DNA of 39,953 nucleotides from Octopus bimaculoides (Eukaryota): NCBI RefSeq assembly GCF_001194135.2, contig NC_069004.1, positions 35,891,794 to 35,931,746 of the forward strand, read 5' to 3'. Shown piece by piece: positions 1 to 9,114 of this stretch (position 1 is its first letter; each line of letters starts with the position of its first letter). The notes under the pieces were generated by a model. It saw only the letters and a program-made list of their open reading frames with translations, ran no database searches and was not told where the DNA came from. The position numbers and the translations under genes were made by a program.

Positions 1-75
1 AGATTTGGAAAGGTTGACGGTTTCCAAAAGGCATCCAGGCTGGTGTGTTTTTGTGTTAATGCATTCTTGTTTTCA

Positions 76-190
76 AACAATTTTAATATTCAATGTGTGT
101 ATGTGTGTGTGTGTGTGTGTGTGTGAATGTGTGCGTGCGTGTGCGAGTGTGTATGTGTGTGCGTGCGTGTACATGTATGTATTGTATGTA

Positions 191-226
<36 letters not shown>
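76..226. repeat. (TG)n/(TA)n microsatellite
   Basis: Direct inspection. Confidence 0.9.
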
Positions 227-231
<5 letters not shown>

Positions 232-559
232 GTTATTTACTCAGTCGTGAGCATAACCACTTCATCGTTGCATAGATGCCAGTAACAGATCTACCACAAT
301 ACCAGAATGGCTGTCTAGTAAGAGGCAATGAAAACAAAGTTACTGAAAATAGTTCATTCACAGGTGAAAAGGATCTTAAAGAAAAATGTAAGAGTAAAAT
401 TACAGTTTCTGTAGTTGTTTATATTTTATTATTACTTTCACATACTTTTATGAAGCTAATCTGAATGCAACAGTTCTCAGTAAATTAATATTCCCTCCAC
501 CAACTGAATATTGTCAACATCATTTTAAAACAGCTTCGCCCAAAACGTAATAAATTCAT

Positions 560-755
560 GCGAAAGTTGGCAGAACTATTGGCCTGTTGGACAAAATGCT
601 TCGTGGCGTTTCGTCTATCTTTACATTTAGAGTTCCGTTAAGGCCGACTTTGCCTTTCATCTTTTTGGGGTCGAGGAAATAAGTACCAAGCATTGGGGTC
701 GATGTAATAAACCTCCTCCAAAACTTGAGGCCTTGTTCCTACGCTAGAATTGATT
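560..755 (+). mobile_element. tRNA-derived SINE, octopus-type
   Basis: ggcagaa..ttgg A-box-like head, gagttc B-box-like segment, gactttgcctttcatc, ggggtcga..ataagtacc; the same motifs recur at 7699, 9785, 11880, 12520 and 27160. Confidence 0.75.
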
Positions 756-1099
756 GATATGCGGGGGCAGGTTTATGAGCCAAGGCTAGTTTACAATATA
801 GATTACTAGGGCTTGACTCTTCCCTCAACAGCAATTAGACATTTTGTCTTTCTTTTTTTTCTTAGTGGCTTCGGGTTTTGGAGGTTGGTTGGAGTGATGG
901 AAGAAATTATTCTCAGGTCGAATACTCGGTTCAAATGCTTGGGTGCCTATTAATTCCTCCTTTCCACCTCCAAACTGATGTTCACAAAGGACCACATCTC
1001 ATTTTCATCATTCGCTGCATTCGCCTTTATCCCCATCTTTATTCATTTACCACCATCCTTTTACATTCATAAAATGCATAAATGTTCAGTTGTCTATCT

Positions 1100-1125
1100 A
1101 TCTGTCTGTCTGCCGTTCTGTCTCT

Positions 1126-1208
<83 letters not shown>
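1100..1208. repeat. (TCTG)n/(CT)n microsatellite
   Basis: Direct inspection. Confidence 0.9.
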
Positions 1209-1211
<3 letters not shown>

Positions 1212-1260
1212 CCATCAACAAACCATTTCTATCCACTGTATTACGAATTTAAATATTAAT

Positions 1261-1274
1261 TATATTCTTTCCAG
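1261..1274 (+). promoter_or_regulatory. Splice acceptor in front of the orphan-gene ATG, implying an upstream non-coding exon
   Basis: tatattctttccag|gcgaatattcccaATG; a long (CT)n tract lies about 60 nt upstream. Confidence 0.6.
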
Positions 1275-1287
1275 GCGAATATTCCCA

Positions 1288-2876
1288 ATGTGTGGTCAGA
1301 AGACATTGTCAATTGCGATCCTCTGTCTGTTCGTCGTTGTATCAAGTGTATTTGGTGAAAATTTGAACGCCTCAGTTCCAGGTATTCCCGAAAATACCGA
1401 GCAAGCTACCACACTTAGTACAACAGTGGAACCTTTACTGCAAACCACTGCTGAAATACAGTACTCTTCTGCACAGGACCATCACGAGAAGCAGCGGGAT
1501 GAGTTTCACACAAACACAACGCCGGACTTTCCACTATTTCCGAGAAAGGAAGATTCGCGACAGTTTTGGAACGACCATCCACAATTCAAAGGAGTTCCAG
1601 ACTTGCCAGCCAATTCGACAAATTATCCCGCGTGGTTGATAAAGCTGATGTCTCAAGACAAACCATTAAAGCCCACCAGCAGAACACACAGCCAAGATCA
1701 GTCGCCATCATTTCTTCGAAATGATCGATTTGTCGATGCTGATCAGCAACACCAACAAAGCTTCGATCATCCCATTGAAGACGGTCGATTTATGCATCTA
1801 CCTGCACGAGAGTCTCATGCAAGAAGACAATGGTTCAGGCCGGATGACACTAGAAATGAACAACCAATATTTCTATATCCCGTACAAAGTGTTCAACCCG
1901 TCGAGATATTCCAACTCAATTCCGCGGTTGTTCCAAATCGGAATTTAATGTGGCGTCCAGCAGCTGAGAGAGTGGAAAATACCGAAATACAAAGATATCC
2001 CCCAGTTTTTGATCGCTTAAATTTTAACAGAGAATTTCGAGCGAAACAATATTATCCTGGTAGAGAAAACAATGGTTTTGAAAGTCTGCAACAAGCAGCA
2101 TTCGAAAACAGTGTGGATCGTAATTCTCATCCTTATCAGAGAAATGTACCAATCATTCTGGCAAAAAGTGGAAATCTTCAGCTGAACCAAAATCCAAATT
2201 TTAGAAATAAATTAGTTGTCTTTTCAGTAGAACCTGTATTGAAAAGAGATCTTATTGCGCCACCGCGGCGAACGAAGCGTCAAACAAGAGGTATCTATAG
2301 AGAACCGCCACGTCTTCGAGAATTTGTTGATAATAAACCAAAAAACTTATTACCAAAACGCAAATGGCCGGGGAAAGAAAACTCTTTCAGATTTAATGAT
2401 TTCCAACTTGAGAATCGATGGGCTCCATTTTTCTCACCCACAAATTTTGTTGAACGTCAAAAAATTCCTATTGTGGTAGTAAAATTGGACAAAAGCGCAG
2501 GAGCAGAAGCGTCAGGAAATAACCAAAGAGATGGGACTGAAATGACGAGAAGACAATATCCAAAGCAATCGAATTTCTTGTTTGTTGGCGGTGGACCTTG
2601 GATGCCGGGTCAATGGTCAACGGCTGACGAACAATCACAGAATACGCCCGCCGCCGCCGACTATTCACGAAGATTTGACGGAAATATTTTCTTCGAAAGA
2701 TTTCCTTATCCTCGAAGTCGAAACAATAAAGACAGATTAGGAAATTCTCCGAAACAACTAAATCGCCACGAAATAGTCAACAATGCTAAAAGCGACCATT
2801 TCCATAGAAACCACCCAAATAATGGAAATAATAATTTTTCATCTCAAAATTTGAAGAATGATAACTTTTCACACCT
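1288..2876 (+). CDS. Unrecognised secreted protein, N-terminal part (529 codons up to the assembly gap); signal peptide MCGQKTLSIAILCLFVVVSSVFG, low-complexity N/Q/R/P/F-rich mature region
   Basis: Uninterrupted 1589-nt ORF in AT-rich DNA. ATG at 1288 lies 13 nt after a good acceptor (tatattctttccag, AG at 1273-1274). N-terminus is K plus a hydrophobic core plus a VFG|E cleavage-like site. No family recognised. Confidence 0.85.
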
Positions 2877-3427
2877 NNNNNNNNNNNNNNNNNNNNNNNN
2901 NNNNNNNNNNNNNNNNNNNNNNNNNNNNNNNNNNNNNNNNNNNNNNNNNNNNNNNNNNNNNNNNNNNNNNNNNNNNNNNNNNNNNNNNNNNNNNNNNNNN
3001 NNNNNNNNNNNNNNNNNNNNNNNNNNNNNNNNNNNNNNNNNNNNNNNNNNNNNNNNNNNNNNNNNNNNNNNNNNNNNNNNNNNNNNNNNNNNNNNNNNNN
3101 NNNNNNNNNNNNNNNNNNNNNNNNNNNNNNNNNNNNNNNNNNNNNNNNNNNNNNNNNNNNNNNNNNNNNNNNNNNNNNNNNNNNNNNNNNNNNNNNNNNN
3201 NNNNNNNNNNNNNNNNNNNNNNNNNNNNNNNNNNNNNNNNNNNNNNNNNNNNNNNNNNNNNNNNNNNNNNNNNNNNNNNNNNNNNNNNNNNNNNNNNNNN
3301 NNNNNNNNNNNNNNNNNNNNNNNNNNNNNNNNNNNNNNNNNNNNNNNNNNNNNNNNNNNNNNNNNNNNNNNNNNNNNNNNNNNNNNNNNNNNNNNNNNNN
3401 NNNNNNNNNNNNNNNNNNNNNNNNNNN
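2877..3427. other. Assembly gap (551 N) inside the orphan CDS; other gaps at 19459-19473, 24473-24948, 25574-25661 and 29548-30164
   Basis: N runs. Confidence 1.
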
Positions 3428-3428
3428 T

Positions 3429-3941
3429 AATACAGCTGATACTGAAGATGCTGTTTCTCATCAAATGGCATTCCATTCCAATAATTTCTTAGCCAGACAT
3501 GAAGGTTTCAATCTTGACCGCTTCGGGAAAACTTTCAGTTTCCACGAGGGCAAAATGAAGCAACAACTGCGGAAGGACATAGCAGAAGTTGAAAATCAAA
3601 GACACTGGTTCGAATCTTTTCCTTATCCAGATTGGAGAAAATCAATTGGGGGCGGACTTCTGGACGAGATTCATAGATCAACGAACAACTGGGACATTGG
3701 CGGTTTTAGGAACCATCCTCGAAAGCAGTGGGCATCAAAGTCCTCCATTCCGGTGGTAACAATCCCTAGAGCAAATCCTAAGCAGATATCGTACACAGCA
3801 CGATATCGGTACAGGTTCGGTATCTACCCGGGGTACACTGATTACAAACCGAACATCGACAGCCACAAAGTTTATTACGAGTATGACCCCCACTACCAGA
3901 CCGCACCGAATACTTTTCTACCTTTCCGAACCTATCAGTAA
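3429..3941 (+). CDS. Same unrecognised secreted protein, C-terminal part (NTADTEDAVSHQMAFHSNNF...TFLPFRTYQ*, 170 aa)
   Basis: Frame is open from the gap edge (AAT at 3429) to TAA at 3939-3941. Composition matches the upstream part and it shares the FE[RS]FPYP motif. The frame offset across the 551 N is attributed to an estimated gap size or a hidden intron (inference). Confidence 0.8.
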   Translation, partial: NTADTEDAVSHQMAFHSNNFLARHEGFNLDRFGKTFSFHEGKMKQQLRKDIAEVENQRHWFESFPYPDWRKSIGGGLLDEIHRSTNNWDIGGFRNHPRKQWASKSSIPVVTIPRANPKQISYTARYRYRFGIYPGYTDYKPNIDSHKVYYEYDPHYQTAPNTFLPFRTYQ

Positions 3942-4008
3942 AACTATTCAACCTGTAAATAACACCGTAAGCTCAACAACACTATGACTAATAATTATAT
4001 ATATAAAT

Positions 4009-4268
4009 GATCGTGGGTAGGGCCAAATTAATGCGAAGTAAATCACAAGAAAACAAATATATGAATTAATGTAGATTTACCTTGTATCCAATATTTCGGG
4101 GCTATGACCCCATTTTCACACACACGCACATCACCAACATTCGTTAACTTCTTGAAAATAAGGTCACAACCCCGAAATATTGAATACAAGTCTATATCAA
4201 TTTATATATTTGTTTTCTTGTGATTTACCTTGCATTTACTTCGCATTGTTTTGGCCTTACCCACAATC
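4009..4268. repeat. Imperfect inverted repeat, arms about 4009-4118 and 4153-4268
   Basis: gtgggtagggccaaattaatgcgaagtaaatcacaagaaaacaaatata...ttgtatccaatatttcggggc mirrored as the reverse complement. Confidence 0.85.
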
Positions 4269-4316
4269 CTTTATACAATATATTCTACACAATGCTCCAC
4301 AGTAACTATTCCATTA

Positions 4317-4358
<42 letters not shown>

Positions 4359-4397
4359 ATCAGTAAGATTTATTTATTATAATCATAAGAATAGCTA

Positions 4398-4403
4398 AAT
4401 AAA
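4398..4403 (+). terminator. Candidate poly(A) signal of the orphan gene
   Basis: First AATAAA after the stop at 3941; would give a 3' UTR of about 470 nt. Confidence 0.4.
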
Positions 4404-4406
4404 ACT

Positions 4407-4496
4407 CCACTCTTACAGCTGTTTCTACTTGGGGGGTCCAGAATGCTAAAGTTGACATCTGATACAAAAATTGAACTCCAAAGCTTCATCAGATGG
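4407..4496 (-). ncRNA. Degenerate type I hammerhead-like motif (Penelope-associated type)
   Basis: Minus strand: ccat-CTGATGA-a-gctttgg...ccaagt-a-GAAAC-AGCT-GTA-agagtgg; palindromic stem III ACAGCTGT; stems I and II imperfect. Confidence 0.4.
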
Positions 4497-6109
4497 TAAG
4501 GATAAAAGGTATTGAGGAAGGATAAAGATAAACGTTATAGGGTGGGGTAAATGGGATTATCTTTATAACAGGGATCATGAGTTAAAAACTAAAAACTACG
4601 TCATAGAATAGTAATAAAATTTAGTTATGGTAAACAGAGTTGGGAATCATTACGTAATTAGATCAATAAAGAAATAATTTAGGTATAAATGAAGTGCGAT
4701 GTTATTTTGACTAACAAAAGACTGTCATCATAATACCCCTATCAAAAGTGGGGTAAGACCAATGTCCATCCTACAACGCAAATGGTCAGCTAATATTTAA
4801 AAGCAATACCGTTCTATTGGTTCTAATCAATAAAATACAAAATAAATTTAAGAAAAATTCAAGGAATTTTAAGAAATAAAAATAAACATGTACGGAAAGG
4901 ATTTGTTATTATGTTATGAATACGTCTAAAAGAATTTTCTAATTGAAAACAATAATTTTCTAATTGAAAATTATTTTCATTTTTGTGAATTATATGTGAA
5001 AGGAGGAAACTGAGCAAAACAGCTATTAAAATATAGGGAAAACTGTTGGTTTTACCAGAAACTCTTTATAGACAACTCTTCTGCTCTTCAGAGATATAAA
5101 GTTTTAGAAATGTATAATTTATCGAATGTTTTTTTTTATATATAGATATGAAGTAATCATATAAAAGGTGATTGTTTGAAATATTTAAAAATTAAAATTA
5201 AAAGTTACTGTTTTGCATTTTCATAAGTATACTTACTGTCAGACTTTAATCCATATTTTCTTCTTTAGTTGGTCCACAGTAGTGATTCATAATATTTGTG
5301 TGTAGAATCCATTATATTATCCGTTTATAATATTTGGTAGATAAACTTTGGTTTGATATTTTTGGAGTTCATATATACCTCCTTGGTTGTTCTTCTGTGG
5401 TAATCCATGAATTGTATATAGAATCCATTCATTGTCATATATATCAAGTTTAAACAATATAATGTCAAGTTATGTTGGATGTTATAAAAGTATTGATTGG
5501 TCAAAATTTTTCTTTTATATTTTTATAATTGGAAGATACCAATTGAAATTAATTTTGATTTTTAAATTTAATGTAGTTATAATTGTCTATTTATTTTTGA
5601 TTAGGTATTCAGTGGTTCTAATTCTAAGAGTATCACTCCATTCTTTATTTAATTTATAATTTGTTTTATAAATGTGAGTATAGTCAAATAATTTTAATTT
5701 ATTAGCTATTAGTCTATTTGTAAGTGTCACCTTATATTTTGAAAACATAAAAAGAAAAAAAAATGAAAAGAATTTATGTAGTCATTTATCTAAAATTCAA
5801 AATTTTTAATTATATATTTTATACTTATACATAATTAACATATATATTTACTTATAATTTTAATACAATAATTACTCTACACACACACACATATATATAT
5901 ATACCTTTCCAAGGTTTATGAACTCATCGATGAAAATCCACTGTCACATATAGAAAAAAATTATAATTAAAAGTACAATAAATAAGTATAATATAATACA
6001 AAGTAAAAAACCAACAACGTGAGGATGTAGTACATGTAAAGTATTAGCAGACGCATTACTGTGGATGACATCAAATAGGCCGAATGGTGAATGCACTTTA
6101 ACCCACATA

Positions 6110-6150
6110 CTGGTTCAATGTTTCGAGCATCCGCTCTTCTTCAGAAACAG
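6110..6150 (-). ncRNA. Degenerate minimal hammerhead-like motif (Penelope-associated type)
   Basis: Minus strand: ctgttt-CTGAAGA-a-GAGC-ggat-GCTC-GAAAC-ATT-gaaccag. Confidence 0.5.
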
Positions 6151-6519
6151 AGAGGAAAGTCCAATAGAAAGGAAGACGTAGGACGAAAATCGCCAACGAT
6201 TCACATGTTGTTACATTTTGTACACACGCGTGTATATATATATATATATATATACACATGCGTGTGTACAAACACAAGCAAATATACAAGGCCTCCAAGA
6301 AAACTTTTGCTTAGAGTAACAAGACTGCTTTCAATCTCTCGGAAGTAGATGTCTCGAAACTGAAATGGATCTTAGGTCCTTCAGTCTTTCCAATAAAGAT
6401 AATGCCATGAAAGTTATAGTCTTTCAGTTCTTCTTCTTTCTTTTTATGGTTATTTTCCTCCATTAACAAAGTTGTTAGCTTTCTATCTGATTACAACACC
6501 ATAATTATGATGGTTAATG

Positions 6520-7235
6520 TTAGGCATCTAAAATGAACATTGGTCCACTTTTGTAAATACTTTATTTGCTTGTGCTCCGGATGCTTCTTATGTCCAACTC
6601 TTCTCTAAGGCGCTTACACTTCTGTCGTGTATGAACACTGACATTACACATCCAGCGGATCATACTAGCTTCCTTTCTTTCACTGCCGTGGAGCATGGCT
6701 GTTCGCACACATGCATCTTATCTTTCACTCTGAGCAGGAGGCCCTTTGTTACCAGCAGAGGTAGGAGCTTCCTGAACTTTACCCAGGCTATTCTTATTCT
6801 AGCGGCTACACTCTCAGAGCATCCAACCCCACTTACAGACTTGGTCACGTAGGTAGTGGAAGCTATCAACTACTTCTAGCTTCTCCCCCTGATATGTGAT
6901 GGAATCTATTTTCTGTACATCTTCAGTGTTTATTACCCCTGTGCATCTGCCACACACAAAAACTATCTTCCCCAGTTAACCTTCCTTTGATATAGCTGTA
7001 CCTCTTATGTGTCCATAGCTTACACTGGGTACATCTTATGGAGCTTCTACTTACGCCTTTTCTACAGAACGAACAGGGTCATCTACCTGAAGGGCTTTGT
7101 GATTTGTCTTCCTTCCTACTTACTAGGACTTTGGTTTTTGCTAGACTGACTCTAAGGCCCTTTGATTCTAGACCTTGCTTCCACACATGAAACTTCATCT
7201 CTAGTTTTGGTATTGACTCAGTTATTAGAGCAAGG
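6520..7235 (-). mobile_element. Decayed RTE-clade LINE fragment (RT C-terminal region)
   Basis: Minus-strand remnants ELEMKFHVWKQGLESKGLRVSLAKTKVLV, a Cys-rich C..CRKGV..SIRCTQCKLWTHKR segment, LEVVDSFHYL and GCSESVAARIRIAWVKFRKLLPLL. Confidence 0.85.
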
Positions 7236-7510
7236 TCATCAGCACAGAGGAGCAGCCTGTCTTAAATTCATCTGTTTTTGCTTGGAAGACCATGATAGAC
7301 TGACTCTCCAGTTTCCATTTTGTTATATGCATTCTTTTATGTTTCTGTCTATGGAGACAAGTGAAAGGAAACTTGAACTATTATACATGAGTTCTTTTCA
7401 GTTTCCTCTTTCGATACACATGGAATTCCAAATATTGGTCATATATCATGCAAATTTTAATCACACAATGCATATCATATATATATATGCATCACCCCTG
7501 CAAAACTAAT

Positions 7511-7795
7511 ACCAGTGCTAGTGCCACATAAAAAGCACCCAGTAAACTTGGTGGAGTGGTTGATGTCACAAAGAGCATCCAGCTGTAGAAACCATACCAG
7601 AAGAGACAATGGAGCTTGGTGTGGCCCTACTATCACCAGCTCAGGTTAAACCGTCCAACCTATGCCAGCATGGAAAACAGATGTTAAATAATGATGGTGC
7701 TGGCAGAAGCGTTAGCATGCCAGGCAAAATATTTAGTAGTATTTCGTCTGAGTTCAAATTCCGCTGAGATCGACTTTGCCTTTCATCCTTTGTCT
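7511..7795 (+). mobile_element. Octopus-type repeat 3' end (ccatgccagcatggaaaac..gatgatg family) followed by a SINE head fragment
   Basis: Same family seen at 18940-19150, 26540-26720 and 29365-29547. Confidence 0.7.
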
Positions 7796-8592
7796 CCCTT
7801 GACACTCATAAAAATATATATTCCCACCAAATTGTACTCTATCATCTGAAGTAAAAAATGGTGGTAAAATGTAGTCTTAGATATATATTATGGTCGATAC
7901 ATTGGATAAAATAGTGTGAGAGATACTGTGACTGACACAGTGAAAAGTGTAGACCTAAATTACGAAAGCTGAAGGACACATTAGATAATACAGTCTTAGA
8001 TTGCATACTTTGGTAGATTAATTCTTCCTCTTCATTGAGTGATCATCAGCTATGACCACTAACATGAATCCTGAGTAGACAAAAGGATTTCTGCAGACAA
8101 TTGGTGAGTTGTGGCATGATCAGACTGTAGTTGCAATGCATTACTGAAGATGGTAGAAAACTGAAGTTATTAGAAAACCTGTGTAAAATGAGTAACTCAG
8201 CAGCCGACGCCAGAGCTGAAGGAGACATAAAATGGAAATCAGTTCCGCATTTGCAGTATCAGTACAGCTCTGATAATCCTGATAATGTAATGACTGACAC
8301 ATTGGTTAATGTAGTCCTAGACATACCATGGCTCATATATTGTCCTAAAGACAATATGCATATAAAATTTTAAAAATAGAAACAAAAAAAAAGAATTATG
8401 AGAATCATCACAGATGGAATATTTTTAATGCAATTGGGCCAATGAACCATGGTTAACCTCGGATTGAATACCAAAAATACCCAAAACCTGTTCGGTCAGC
8501 AAAATAATAGAAATAAGAAAATTGACACAGAGCTAAGGAAAAAAAAAAAAGAATAAAAATCAACAAATAGCTTTTCTGTTTAAAATATCAAA

Positions 8593-8621
8593 TTTATTAT
8601 TCTTTATTGAATTTTTTTATT
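8593..8621 (-). terminator. Cluster of three AATAAA poly(A) signals for CSE1L
   Basis: tttatt on + at 8593-8598, 8603-8608 and 8616-8621, about 410-430 nt after the stop. Confidence 0.55.
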
Positions 8622-9024
8622 TCGGACAATTTATGTAACAAGCAACATAAATAATACACTTTACTGCTTGGTCACTATGCAGTTAGTCACAGTAAGAGCA
8701 TTAGATGGTCACACAATGAAACAATGTCACTGTGTGTGTGTGTGTGTGGTCACCATGTCACTGTGTGTGATATAACAATATAACAACTGTATAAGTCAAC
8801 ATGTGTGAGCAGTGTGATCGTGATGTGACCATCGGGCCATCAAGCTGTGGGTTTTTCCATGCTGCAGTATTAGCCTTGAACTATCAGCATGAAAGTCAGA
8901 CGTTGGTGAATCGTGTGAGTGAATGTATGTATGTTAGTAGTGTATGTACTGAAAAAGAGATAGACTGTCTTAATATGACAATACACAAAGGGCATACATA
9001 CATATGCACAAGCAGACACACATA

Positions 9025-9114
9025 TTACATAAGATTAACGCTAGCAGATTGCAGGTACATCTGGAGATATTGTGTGGCTTCAGGCTGTAAACCAGATTTG
9101 ATTAGCGGAGTCAA
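9025..9114 (-). CDS. CSE1L: CSE1L coding exon 26 ([29 protein letters not shown])
   Basis: tttatctgcag|TTG...ATG TAA; 90 nt; matches the CSE1L C-terminus (..EA.QYLQ.YLQ.ASV.L). Confidence 0.93.
   Translation of the reverse strand: MTPLIKSGLQPEATQYLQMYLQSASVNLM

Noticed and set aside
5-275. VC/YI-repeat ORFs, and similar poly-I, poly-S, HT and SL ORFs elsewhere
   Set aside because: Translations of microsatellites
560-640. tRNA gene at SINE heads
   Set aside because: A/B-box remnants without a cloverleaf, followed by SINE body sequence
1090-3492. 800-aa ORF in the track
   Set aside because: It starts at a non-ATG codon inside a (CT)n microsatellite upstream of an acceptor and reads through Ns into the wrong frame. 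The real start is ATG 1288 and the post-gap frame is the one ending at 3941.
8131-8373. 80-aa plus-strand ORF between the genes
   Set aside because: Short, no recognisable motif or convincing splice context; cannot be supported without a search
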